Below are positions 1 through 9,662 of a stretch of 57,317 nucleotides of DNA, piece by piece. The position numbers were made by a program, and so were the translations under genes. The DNA is from an uncultured Planctomycetaceae bacterium. GTDB taxonomy: Bacteria > Planctomycetota > Planctomycetia > Planctomycetales > Planctomycetaceae. The stretch lies in the NCBI GenBank assembly GCA_963976765.1, contig CAXBME010000038.1, positions 1-57,317 of the forward strand, written 5' to 3'. The notes beneath the pieces are model-generated. The model searched no databases. It was not told the origin of the DNA and saw only the letters and a list, made by a program, of their open reading frames with translations. Positions within the stretch are counted from its first letter, which is position 1, and each line of letters opens with the position of its first letter.

Positions 1-299
1 GTATGCCTCAGCTGAGTATGCACAAACGAGATGGCTCGCTGGTTCCTTACCCTACCGCTTGCTGTGTTCGACGGAGGCTTGTCGGAGTAATCCTGAAATC
101 TGAAGCGGCTGCCCTCGTATCGCAGTCGCTTCCGTTCAGAGTAATACCGGCATTCGATCCGATGAGAGAGAGCAAGGGCGATGCGGAAATCCCTTTGTCG
201 AAGTTCTGACAAAGGCCGTCATGTTTCAAAGCAGGTGATGTGTTGCGTCAATCGAATTGACGCCGCGTAATCCTGTCCAGGGGGTCCGGGCCAGAGCAA

Positions 300-1360
300 T
301 CCGGTGCGTTCAACCTGGCTGGCGTGGGGAGCATTGAGCACGGTGACGTGCCAGTCCGGACGTGATCAGTCCGGAGACCGTCGGCAAATCCGACGGCTGT
401 GAATAGCTCAACCATGAAAGGCGAGTAATCGCTTGCCAGTGAGTTCCACGAGAGACGGTGCCGAACCGCGAAAGACCGGTGCTGATGGGTAAGGGGATGC
501 TTCTACGTTCGGTCCCCTGAAATCGTCGGGAATGACAAATCATTCCCGATGGAAACTGTGGCGATTCGGGAGAGTCGCACATACGGCAACGGTTCCTCCA
601 GGTAACACTGGATAGCAACGTGAAGCGTGGAGCGAAGAACATGACTAACGCAGGAACCTCTGCGGCAGCCGGGGTGGTTCCCGGAGCCTGAGTCGGTCAC
701 TCAGGTGCTTGTAATTGCTGGCGGAAGTGAGGCGTGCAGCCTCGCGGGATGACGGAGTCTGAATCTCCTGAATCCTGACCGCGGGCGAGAAAAGCCGTAG
801 AGGGGGAGTGTGGCCTGAGTAGAAGCCGGTTGCGTGGTTCACGCGCTGGGCGATGTTTCGGCAAGGCAGTCGAAACTCGTTTGCCGTTCCGGGGTGGTGC
901 CCGGAACGATCGGAGATGTCCTGTGGTGACACGCGACTGAAGTGAACGCCGCTGGCGTTCGCAGCTCAGTCGCGGACTGGTCCCGCAGGTACGTCGACGA
1001 GGCAACAACGAAAGGGCTGACGGGCAGTACCGCAGGCTGAGGCCAATGCGGAGCACTGTCAAAGCGACGTTGCGGTCGAGCTGTTGAACAGCCGGTGGCC
1101 AGTTTGTGCCACTGGCTGTGCTCGACTGATTCCCGGGAGGGAGCTGGCGGCTACGGGAGTGAGACTCGGGAGAGTCTTCGTCTCGTGGCGGCGAACCAAC
1201 GGAGTGGTAACGACGTGACACTGTCGTACGTCGTTAACCAGTCGTGGTTGTGGGTGTGACGGGTAGTATGGATTGGGAGGGAACAACTCTTGAATGTAGT
1301 TCCCTCGCCAGTCTTGAAACGATTGCTGTTGCTGCTGTCGCCTTGCGTGCGACTGCGGTG
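300..1360 (+). ncRNA. Candidate large structured non-coding RNA (boundaries approximate)
   Basis: No credible ORF. More than 15 closely spaced hairpins, e.g. 338-351 (GTGA loop), 355-375, 378-396, 419-434 (GTAA loop), 526-549, 561-578 (GGGA loop), 687-705, 885-908, 932-974, 1075-1126, 1161-1178 (GGGA loop), 1208-1236, 1270-1314. In the stems I checked, the non-Watson-Crick pairs are G-T on the + strand. Confidence 0.6.
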
Positions 1361-1479
1361 CTGTGCGTTTCACACGTCCGCCTGATGGTTCTTTTCCGGA
1401 CGGGTAGCCAATCCCGTGACGGGGGCTTTCCGACGAGCTTGTGCCCAGAACAAGCTCGTCAACTTTTCGCGAAGGAAGT

Positions 1480-1971
1480 ATGCAGTATCGAGCGGAAACA
1501 ACATCACTGGTGGGATTCGTGCAGCAGATCGCCTGCTGCTATCTGCGTCACGGCTACTGGTGGTACGTGACGGGTTACATTCCGGACAGGAAAGATCCAG
1601 AATTCGTCGATCGAAAGCTCATCGCGAAGTATGAGATCGATGTTTCGGAAGCGACGCGGTCGCGGCGGAAGCGGCTGGGCCGAGCCAACCTGCAATACAT
1701 CCGCCACGATCGCCTCTTCGTGCTGCTCGCGACAAAGGGCGAACACGTCTTCTTCCAGGACGAGCAGAAGTCTGTTCGCGATTTTCGCCGGATACCGCTG
1801 TCGTACTGCGGTTATGCGATCAGCTATCGAGCTGGCGGGAGAACGCAGAAGGGCCACCGGGATCCGAAATGGCACGCTCATGTGGCCATGGAACGCCAGC
1901 AGTATCTCGCACTCCGCGATCACTTCGTCGATCTGGCTGGTCGGCAATTCTACCCGACACGGACTACCTGA
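1480..1971 (+). pseudogene. Mobile-element-associated hypothetical protein (GFVQQIACCYLRHGYWWYVTG family), probably C-terminally truncated
   Basis: ATG at 1480 after GAAGGA. Protein-like up to ...RDHFVDLA, then a short unrelated-looking tail. Truncation is inferred from my recollection of longer homologues. Confidence 0.55.
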
Positions 1972-2054
1972 CTCATTGCATCCTTATGATTCGGGCTTTC
2001 GAATACGTCGACGAAAAGCAATCGTGAGTACTGCGCTCACCATTTCTCGCAGTG

Positions 2055-4430
2055 TCATGTCGGGATGGCCATCAAGGTGTCCAGAACTTCTGTGACAGAT
2101 GGCCGGTCATCAGGTTTGTGTGCCAAACACTGCTTAGCAAGTGCTCGCCATTGCGGGAATTGAACGAAGTCCACATCAGTCTGCCCTGTGAGTAGATAGA
2201 CAAAGGTCTTCCCCAGAGAATAAATGTCAGCACTCGGATGGGCTACCACGCCCTCAAACTGCTCTGGGGCTGCGTATCCCCATGTCCCGCCTGTCTGGAA
2301 GGTCTTCTGTGTGCCAAGGCGGCCGAGGTTTTTCGCAATTCCAAAGTCGGCAAGCTTCCAGATCCCGCCAAAACTGAGGATGTTTCTGGGTTTCAGATCG
2401 CGATGCACGACTTCCGCGTCGTGAAGTTCCTTCAAGGCACTCGCTACATTCACCCCAATGAGTTTCGCGTATTGAGGTTGAAGCCCACGGCCGTTGGCCT
2501 GAGCCGCAACGAATGAATGAAGGTCGCCACCATCGGCACACTCGGTCACCAGAGTTATGAAACTGTCGTCGCGGATGAAGTCGAGGACTTGGGCAACAAA
2601 TCTCAGCGACATGCGGCTGAGCTTCTCGTAGATCCGGACTTCTCGCTGAAGAGCGGCCATGTCCTTCGAGTTCACTCGAACACGTTTCAGAAAGACCTTC
2701 TTGGCAGAGCCATCCTGTTGGGCGATGTACGCTTCTGACATTCCGGCAGCATCAAGCGACTTCACAAGACGGTATTTACCAAATCTTTCACCCGTTTGTT
2801 CACAATCTGCAGTACCCGTCGCCTCATTCTGTTGACTCTCATGCGGTCGTGTCTCGGCACTCTTGAGCCTCGCTCTCAGCGGACCAACATTTCTTTGGGC
2901 GACAGGTTCATCTGAATTACCCTTGAAACGCGACGTCACCCACTCGAACCAGTCGTCCACCTGTTCTTTGTCGAAGATCTGGAGCGCAGATTCTTTGCGT
3001 TTCTTGCGTGCCTTCGCACCGGGATAGGACAGCCAATTGAAACTGCCAACGGCCACGAATCGATCGTCGCAGATCAGAATCTTCTCGTGGGTTCCGCCGC
3101 GTGGATCAATCAATACCTGATCGGGGTACTGTTTGTACAAGTCTTTGAGCGATCGCTCAGCTTCCTTCCATTCCCTGCGTTCCTCTTGAGGATCCTTTCC
3201 TCCCATGCCGTACTGAATCCAAACTCGCACGCCGCGCTCCAGCGCAGCTGTGAGAGCGGCAACGAACTTGCGGTCAATGACGGCCGTGCTGATGAAGGCT
3301 GAAACGATGACCAGCCGAGAGGTCGCTGTCTGCAGAGCTTCGTCAAACACATCGCCAAGCGAATAGAGATGTAAGCGACGAGCCTTGAGTTCTGCAACTC
3401 GCTTTTCCGCTTCTTCCCTTTTGCGATTGGCCTCTTCGAGCTCTGCCCTCAGAATTTGCCGCGTATCCGGACGAGCAGGTTCGCTTTCAAGTGCAGCTTC
3501 GGCCACCTCAGCAGCTTGCTGAGCAGCGTCAAATTCTTGACTTGCCTCGTCGATCGTAGCGGCTCTTGGCAAAGACTTCGCAAGACTCGGCGGGAAATAC
3601 TCGGCGACAAGCCGGTCCGTGGTGTCGTACTGCGCGTCGATCAAATCCTTGAGCAGCTCCTGTCCCTTTTTCTCGGCGAACGCTCGCTCGCACTCTTCGT
3701 CAAGTACTCCATTAACCGCGAATGCAACCTGACGCCGGTGCTGACCACCAGTTGTCTCGTAAACCAGCATAACGGCTGGCATGTAGAGCGTTCTGGCCCC
3801 TTTGTCGACGCCTCGCACATTGAGCAGCGTCTCCTTGACTCCCTTGTTCTTGCGTTTGAGATACGCCGAATAGAGGTGGCTGAGGCCTTGGACATCGACT
3901 TCTTCCGGGTGTGGCTTTCGTTGCGGAATCGCACGGATTGATTCGACTTCCAATTCCCGAAGATCCCGAGGAGCCAGCAACAGCGACTCCATGTCGTCGC
4001 CCAGCGCGATCGGCTTCCTCAGCAAACCATGAAAAATCACGGGGCCAATCGTCTTTTCCACATGTTTCCGCAGGCTCAGCGACTTGGCTGTCTCAGATCC
4101 CCTTTCCGTCAGGACACAGGCAACACTTGACTCTGCTTCCTGCAATGGAAGCACATTAATCAGCTCCGATCTCTGTAGCTCAACGAGACGGCGATGAGTG
4201 ACGATCGGCTCGATACCGAGAAACTCGGATATCTCCTCGGGCGACTTCAATCCGGCATGCATTGTCCGAACGATGAACTCGTCGATCGGCGGAAGCGCGC
4301 AGTCTTCGACAACGATCACCCGCAGGTTCACCGAGAAAACAGCGAGTCCAACTTGCTCGTAACCAAGGAGGCGGCAACCTGGTCGATTGGCATATCTCTT
4401 TGCGACTTGCTCAGGAGTCAGGTCAATCAT
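2055..4430 (-). CDS. MkoB-like PLD-nuclease protein with fused C-terminal Ser/Thr kinase
   Basis: HKD motif THEKILICD..VGSFNW. Kinase motifs VFLKRV, HRDLKPRN, ADFG, YAAPE, DIYSLG. N-terminal wHTH-like region and coiled coil. ATGA overlap with the upstream gene. Confidence 0.85.
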   Translation of the reverse strand: MIDLTPEQVAKRYANRPGCRLLGYEQVGLAVFSVNLRVIVVEDCALPPIDEFIVRTMHAGLKSPEEISEFLGIEPIVTHRRLVELQRSELINVLPLQEAESSVACVLTERGSETAKSLSLRKHVEKTIGPVIFHGLLRKPIALGDDMESLLLAPRDLRELEVESIRAIPQRKPHPEEVDVQGLSHLYSAYLKRKNKGVKETLLNVRGVDKGARTLYMPAVMLVYETTGGQHRRQVAFAVNGVLDEECERAFAEKKGQELLKDLIDAQYDTTDRLVAEYFPPSLAKSLPRAATIDEASQEFDAAQQAAEVAEAALESEPARPDTRQILRAELEEANRKREEAEKRVAELKARRLHLYSLGDVFDEALQTATSRLVIVSAFISTAVIDRKFVAALTAALERGVRVWIQYGMGGKDPQEERREWKEAERSLKDLYKQYPDQVLIDPRGGTHEKILICDDRFVAVGSFNWLSYPGAKARKKRKESALQIFDKEQVDDWFEWVTSRFKGNSDEPVAQRNVGPLRARLKSAETRPHESQQNEATGTADCEQTGERFGKYRLVKSLDAAGMSEAYIAQQDGSAKKVFLKRVRVNSKDMAALQREVRIYEKLSRMSLRFVAQVLDFIRDDSFITLVTECADGGDLHSFVAAQANGRGLQPQYAKLIGVNVASALKELHDAEVVHRDLKPRNILSFGGIWKLADFGIAKNLGRLGTQKTFQTGGTWGYAAPEQFEGVVAHPSADIYSLGKTFVYLLTGQTDVDFVQFPQWRALAKQCLAHKPDDRPSVTEVLDTLMAIPT

Positions 4431-7400
4431 TGGCGTCCTCCGAGTTTCAGTCGTGGACGCACTTCTTCAAACAGGCACTCATCGGGGTTGCCTCGGATGT
4501 GAGTGAGGACCTTCTGCAGTGGCTCCAGCTCCTTTGCGCTGAGAACAAATCCGTCATCACCGACAATCACCAGCAGCTTCTGAGCACGGGACAAAGCCAC
4601 GTTGACCCTCTGGCTTGAATTCAGGAAGCCAGACCGCCCCTGTTCGTTGGATCGCGTAACAGAGAAGAACACGACATCGGCTTCACGCCCCTGAACCGCG
4701 TCGATAGTGCAACATTCGACTCGCAGGCCGTTGAGCTTCGACTGTTCTCGACCGACTTCCCGAGCAAGGTGCTTGGCCTGAGCCTGGTACCCGCTGATTA
4801 CAAGCACCGACACGGTGTTGCCTTCGCCAAAATCAACTCGCGCCAAATCGTGTAATTGGTCTATGATCTCCTCTGCTTCGCACGGATTTACATAGACTCC
4901 GCGGCCGTGTTCCTGTTCGACACGACGTTCAAGGTTGCGCGTAGATGACCAGACCACGCTCTTTCCTTTGAAAGCAAGCAATGGCCTATCAATTGGCTTT
5001 CGTTCGACTTCGCCATTCTCAAGCTCGCCGTCGTAAAAGCAGCGGCTGATGAGATTTCCGATCCCCGGCACCATGCGGTATTGCCGTACGAGCATCTTCT
5101 GGTGATCAGGGGGAAGGAGACGCCGAAGTCGCTCGAACATAGACTCGGTGGCTTCGTCACTATCGATTGAGAACCTCTCACGAAGCTTTTCGTCGCGCAC
5201 AACTGCGTCCTCAAATGGAGGCAACTGTCTCGAATCACCCACAAAAACCCACTTGCGGGACCGTACCATGGGTACGAGAGCCGCAGTGGCATCTACTTTG
5301 GACGCCTCGTCAATGATACACAGGTCGTACTCGATGTCGTCTGTGCCGCGTACGGATGCCAGCCCGATGCACGTGGCTGCGACTACTTTCGACCGTTCGA
5401 ACAACGCCGCAGTAAAGGACTCATCACGCCCGAATCGTTCGACCCACTCGCTTTGGATTCGAAGCAGAGCGTTGGCCATCTGGGAAGCGTCAGTTTCTTC
5501 GAGAAGCTCCTTCGACCACTCCACGAGTTCGTACGAGGTGAGCCCAAGGTAACCGTCGGCATCTGGAGTTAACTCCTTAAGCACTATGACCAGTCGGTCC
5601 TCCTCTTGTTTGTCTGCATTCAGCTTGCTTCGCAATTGTCTCAGCTCTTCGTCAATCGGTTCCCGTTCGAGGTCAAGCCGTGTGGCAGACTTGCTTCCGG
5701 AGGTCTCCAAGAGCTCGTCAAGCTCATCCTGCGTGGACTGCACTCGCTCTCTTGTCTCCTCTATGCGATCGCGCAGGATTCCAATTTGTTGCAACGTGGA
5801 TCCAATCTTGAGGTCAACCGGTGAAACCCCGAGTTTCGTCGCCCAACGTTCCAAAGCCTGTTCACTCTTTCCTGCAACGGTATTGCGCCACCTTTGCATC
5901 TGTACGGGAAGAAGGTACTGGGCAGATTCAGGCGAGACGTCATTCGCGTCTTGACGTGCGACGCGAACAATTGGGCTCTCTGGCAAATACTCTGAAATTC
6001 GCTGCAACGCGTTATCGATCGCAATGTGGGTCTGAGACGCCAAGACAACCGTCGCTTCAGGGTTTCTTCGGATGCACTCCCTAACGAGCGCCGCGATGAA
6101 TCTTGTCTTTCCGGTGCCTGGAGGCCCTTGCACCAACAACGCATCCGGAACCTGTATGGCTGCTTGGATCGCCTCCTGTTGAGAAGCGTCCAACGATGCA
6201 ACCGTGTCCGGGGCAAGTTGAATCTCTGCGGGCGAGATGCGAGCCGTCAACGGGTTCAAAAGCAGGTTTCTGAGTGAATTTGCAACGGCGTTTCCATGTC
6301 GAACGCGTTCGATTGCCAGTCGCTGACGGTCAAGCGCCTTTTCTGCGGCACGAGTATCCAGATATGCAATGCCTCTCTGGGGGCAGTTCCGCAGATTCGC
6401 GGACGGACAATTCAGGACCACTCCATCGGAATCGACCTGCCAAATGTCGCCATAAATCCACTGTCTTTCGCCAGTCTTGATGACGCGGGGTTCCTCCACC
6501 TGAACCGTCGACAGATCATCATCAGTAAATAACTTCACGCGGTGCCCTTGGACGTCAATCCCATCGAAGCGGATCGCGGCGCTTTGCTCTCGCTCATATG
6601 CCTGCCTGGCTGACAAGACCTGTAACCACTGACTGAACAGAAACTGCTCTTTATGCTCGCGGTCGTGCTTCGCCTTCAGTTCATCAGCTTCCAGAAACTT
6701 CTGGTCGAGTAGGTGCAAGGTCTCTTGCGCCCCGATCATTTGCCCTTGGTGCCTTGTGAGAGTGAACAGAACAGGTGAGGGCAGCAGATTGTCTTTCGTA
6801 CGAGAAACTATGTGTTCTGGTGGTCGAACTACGCCAATCACGGAAAAACAGTCTCGACCTCGATCGTTGGGGGCGATGTGGTATCGAAAGCTGCCGCCAT
6901 AGACGAAGAAATGATCTTGAACCACCTGCTCGTTCGGCGTTGCGAAATCCTTTCGAACACGTTCGATTGCTGGATCGGAAGTGATATCGGCATCTATGTA
7001 TTGTCGAATGCTATCGCCAGTTTCGGTGGCAAAGTGATCCTCGACGAGCGACATCGCTTTGTTCGTTAGCTGAATGAGGCAGCAGCGCCGGTCTCGCTCG
7101 TTCCAAACTCGTTCACGGGAATTCTGGACTCTGGAGAACTCGTGGGCCAGCAGGCCAGCGGTCTCGGGGCGTTGCTTTGGGTCGGTGGACACAGCCCGAG
7201 CAACGATGTCCTTGACATCTGAAACAGCGTCAAACCGTTCTAAAGCCTTGGGGATATCCTCGTAGCCAGCGATATCGACATCGCTCATCGCCCAGAGGCA
7301 TAGTACACCAACGGCGAAGACATCGCGTGAAAACGAGAATGAGCCGTCGTCCGGTTCAGGAGGCGTGAACGGCACCGACATGAACTCGTTCAACGTGATG

Positions 7401-7903
7401 CGCGGCTGGAGGCACCGCTTCAACTTTGCAATGCCAAAGTCAGCCAAGCGCGGACTACCATCACTTGCCACAAGGATGTTCGCGGGCTTTATGTCGCGAT
7501 GGCAACGATCATTCCCGTGCGCGTAAGCGAGTGCGTCCACAATGGGCAGCAGGATGCGAGACGCAAAATCGTCCCATCCATGGAATTCTGGTGATCGGCG
7601 ATTCTTGCGTTCGAGAAGATCACACTCCATCCATTCCAGAACGAGATATGGAACCCCGTTTTCGTCCGTGCCGTGAGCAAGAATCCGCAGGATGTTGTCA
7701 TGCCGAAGGTTGCTGAGTGCATCAAGTTCACGTCGATACGACTCTGCGGTGATTGCCGGCAGGTGAGCGTCGATGTTGAGCAGTTTGACTGCAACACGCC
7801 TTTCAGACTCCAGATCCATTGCCCGATAAACGGTCGACATCCCTCCGCGACAGACCTGCTGCTGAAGCGCAAATCGGCCAGCTAGTATTTTGCTCGTCGG
7901 CAC
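4427..7903 (-). CDS. MkoA-like Ser/Thr kinase-SF1 (UPF1/DNA2-like) helicase fusion
   Basis: Kinase motifs GGMSTVY, VAVK, HRDIKPAN, DFG. Helicase motifs QGPPGTGKT, DEASK, GDSRQLPP, QYRM, DAVQGREAD, NVALSRA. GTG start at 7903 after AAAGGCGG preferred over 7981. Confidence 0.9.
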   Translation of the reverse strand: MPTSKILAGRFALQQQVCRGGMSTVYRAMDLESERRVAVKLLNIDAHLPAITAESYRRELDALSNLRHDNILRILAHGTDENGVPYLVLEWMECDLLERKNRRSPEFHGWDDFASRILLPIVDALAYAHGNDRCHRDIKPANILVASDGSPRLADFGIAKLKRCLQPRITLNEFMSVPFTPPEPDDGSFSFSRDVFAVGVLCLWAMSDVDIAGYEDIPKALERFDAVSDVKDIVARAVSTDPKQRPETAGLLAHEFSRVQNSRERVWNERDRRCCLIQLTNKAMSLVEDHFATETGDSIRQYIDADITSDPAIERVRKDFATPNEQVVQDHFFVYGGSFRYHIAPNDRGRDCFSVIGVVRPPEHIVSRTKDNLLPSPVLFTLTRHQGQMIGAQETLHLLDQKFLEADELKAKHDREHKEQFLFSQWLQVLSARQAYEREQSAAIRFDGIDVQGHRVKLFTDDDLSTVQVEEPRVIKTGERQWIYGDIWQVDSDGVVLNCPSANLRNCPQRGIAYLDTRAAEKALDRQRLAIERVRHGNAVANSLRNLLLNPLTARISPAEIQLAPDTVASLDASQQEAIQAAIQVPDALLVQGPPGTGKTRFIAALVRECIRRNPEATVVLASQTHIAIDNALQRISEYLPESPIVRVARQDANDVSPESAQYLLPVQMQRWRNTVAGKSEQALERWATKLGVSPVDLKIGSTLQQIGILRDRIEETRERVQSTQDELDELLETSGSKSATRLDLEREPIDEELRQLRSKLNADKQEEDRLVIVLKELTPDADGYLGLTSYELVEWSKELLEETDASQMANALLRIQSEWVERFGRDESFTAALFERSKVVAATCIGLASVRGTDDIEYDLCIIDEASKVDATAALVPMVRSRKWVFVGDSRQLPPFEDAVVRDEKLRERFSIDSDEATESMFERLRRLLPPDHQKMLVRQYRMVPGIGNLISRCFYDGELENGEVERKPIDRPLLAFKGKSVVWSSTRNLERRVEQEHGRGVYVNPCEAEEIIDQLHDLARVDFGEGNTVSVLVISGYQAQAKHLAREVGREQSKLNGLRVECCTIDAVQGREADVVFFSVTRSNEQGRSGFLNSSQRVNVALSRAQKLLVIVGDDGFVLSAKELEPLQKVLTHIRGNPDECLFEEVRPRLKLGGRQ

Positions 7904-8084
7904 TGAATTCCGCCTTTGGTCTTTCACTATTCTGTCCAAGTCTGTTCCGTTCAATCTACAAACGGCGTAGAACGTCGGCAATCAAATCGCAGGAAAAAAG
8001 TCGATGAACGCTGGCGAACGTGAAACTGCTCTCGTCTGCGACTGCAACAACAATTTGTATTCGGCGATGTTGTCGTGTCGTCGA

Positions 8085-8414
8085 TGATCTCATCCGGCAC
8101 ATCTGCGAGAACGACCAGTCGTTGAACAGGCCGTCAGCGTCCGATTCCAGAGCGATGCTCAGTTCGCCATTGATCAGGCGAGGTCGCAATGTCTGCGGAA
8201 GCTGCCACGTGTCGGTAGAGAACTGTTTCTCCTGCCGGCAGTGTTCGTGGAGTTCCGTGAGCGAAGAAAATCGCTCGTCGGGCGATCTGCGAAACAGTTC
8301 CTCATGCGCCCGCCCCAGGCGGCTTGCCCGAGTTGGCTTCGAACTACTCCACGTCGATGTGGATTCACCGTTCGCATCTTCAACAGAGCTTTCCACACGC
8401 TTCAAATTCACCAT
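8085..8414 (-). pseudogene. DUF932-like protein, N-terminal fragment
   Basis: RAHEELFRRSPDERFSSLTELHEHC...NDWSFSQMC resembles the N-terminus of DUF932-type mobile-element proteins. The similarity breaks off near 8090. Confidence 0.6.
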
Positions 8415-8691
8415 GCCTCAGTCTCCTCGTTCCGAATACAGAGATACGGGTCACAGAACCCAATTGGCCCGGAACAACACATTCCGCGGCCGAGTCGGTC
8501 CTGTGAGAGAAGACGAAGCGAAACCTTCAACCACCGGTCGCAGGAATGTCGACCGGGTGAAGTAACCTGTATGCACCACCGCCCCCTCGGAGAACGTGTC
8601 TCCGAGAAGCGATTGAATGGGGGCTTCCCGTATTAGAAACGGTAAAGAACACCCTGCCTGCACCATTGCCTATCACAGTGCTCAGGAATTG

Positions 8692-8970
8692 TCACGCAGT
8701 CTGAGTAGAAAAGATCGATGCGAAGTCCGAGGGCAGAATGGTGCCTAAATCAATGGCCAGACAATTCAGCAGCCGCAGCGCATCAGTACGGTTACCCGCG
8801 TTGATCTCGGCATGAATGACGTTGGCAAGTGCATCGTCGACAACCGCCCAGAAACACAGGGACTCTTCCCGACGGGAACGGCGGGACAGAAAGCGGGCCG
8901 TATGCTCATGCTCCGGCACAAGGATCCGGACGCCCGTCCGGTCAACGATTCCGATGTATGAATTTCTCAT
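8692..8970 (-). CDS. Hypothetical protein (92 aa, mobile-element type)
   Basis: MRNSYIGIVDRTG...CFWAVV has protein-like composition and is co-oriented with its neighbours. Start trimmed to the internal ATG. Confidence 0.6.
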   Translation of the reverse strand: MRNSYIGIVDRTGVRILVPEHEHTARFLSRRSRREESLCFWAVVDDALANVIHAEINAGNRTDALRLLNCLAIDLGTILPSDFASIFSTQTA

Positions 8971-9323
8971 CAACTGGCTGTACCACGATTCCTGTTCGCT
9001 CTGCAAATTCAAACTCAGGGTTCCATGTGGAGAATCCAGGCGACCGGGCCAGTTCGAACGGCGATCTGTCGCAGCGGACGTTCTTACAAGCAACGTCATG
9101 ATGCTGCCGGACGCGGGCGAATGGGCGCGGTCGACTCGACTCTCACAAAACCAGAGCCTGCCCATTGCCGTTCCACGGCAGCTGAAGAGAACACCGTTTG
9201 ACTATCACACCTGTTGAGACTTGTCACGCCCTCGCGTCAACGACGTTGCACGTTGTGTCTGGATGCCCGCAGCGAGTGAGGCGCAGGTGGCACGCAGTAA
9301 AACCTGAGCCTCAAGGAAACTCC

Positions 9324-9662
9324 TCAGTGATGCCGGCTCGCACCGGTCAACTGGCAGAACCTGTCTGACTGCTCCTCCGTCAGTTGACGTACGAAATACT
9401 CACCGGATCGTTCCCAGAACAGCCGGAGCCGGTCATACCCCTCGGCGAACGCGAATGCCGAACCTGACATCCACCTCGGTGGAAGGACTTCCAGAAAGTA
9501 CCACCACGTCTCCTCATTGATGCGGACTGTCCGACCTTCCTGATTCGTCAACGGAATCATCTCGTCAAGTGACAGATCTGGTGACGCAAGGTCCGCCGGT
9601 TCGTCTGCCATCAACTCGTGCATGAATTCGTGAAAGCTCTGTGATTTCGTTTCCTGTTTCAT
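9324..9662 (-). CDS. DUF1419-like hypothetical protein
   Basis: Motif INEETWWYFLEVLPPRWM..AFAFAEG; RBS GAGGA. Confidence 0.65.
   Translation of the reverse strand: MKQETKSQSFHEFMHELMADEPADLASPDLSLDEMIPLTNQEGRTVRINEETWWYFLEVLPPRWMSGSAFAFAEGYDRLRLFWERSGEYFVRQLTEEQSDRFCQLTGASRHH

Noticed and set aside
1..1373. Short ORFs on both strands in the first 1.4 kb
   Set aside because: No RBS or motif support and Arg/Ser/Pro-rich composition typical of spurious frames.
304..1390. Group II intron (GTGCG at 304; GGTAAC...GTGAAGCGT near 601-628)
   Set aside because: No recognisable domain V/VI and no RT ORF; kept only as an unclassified structured RNA.
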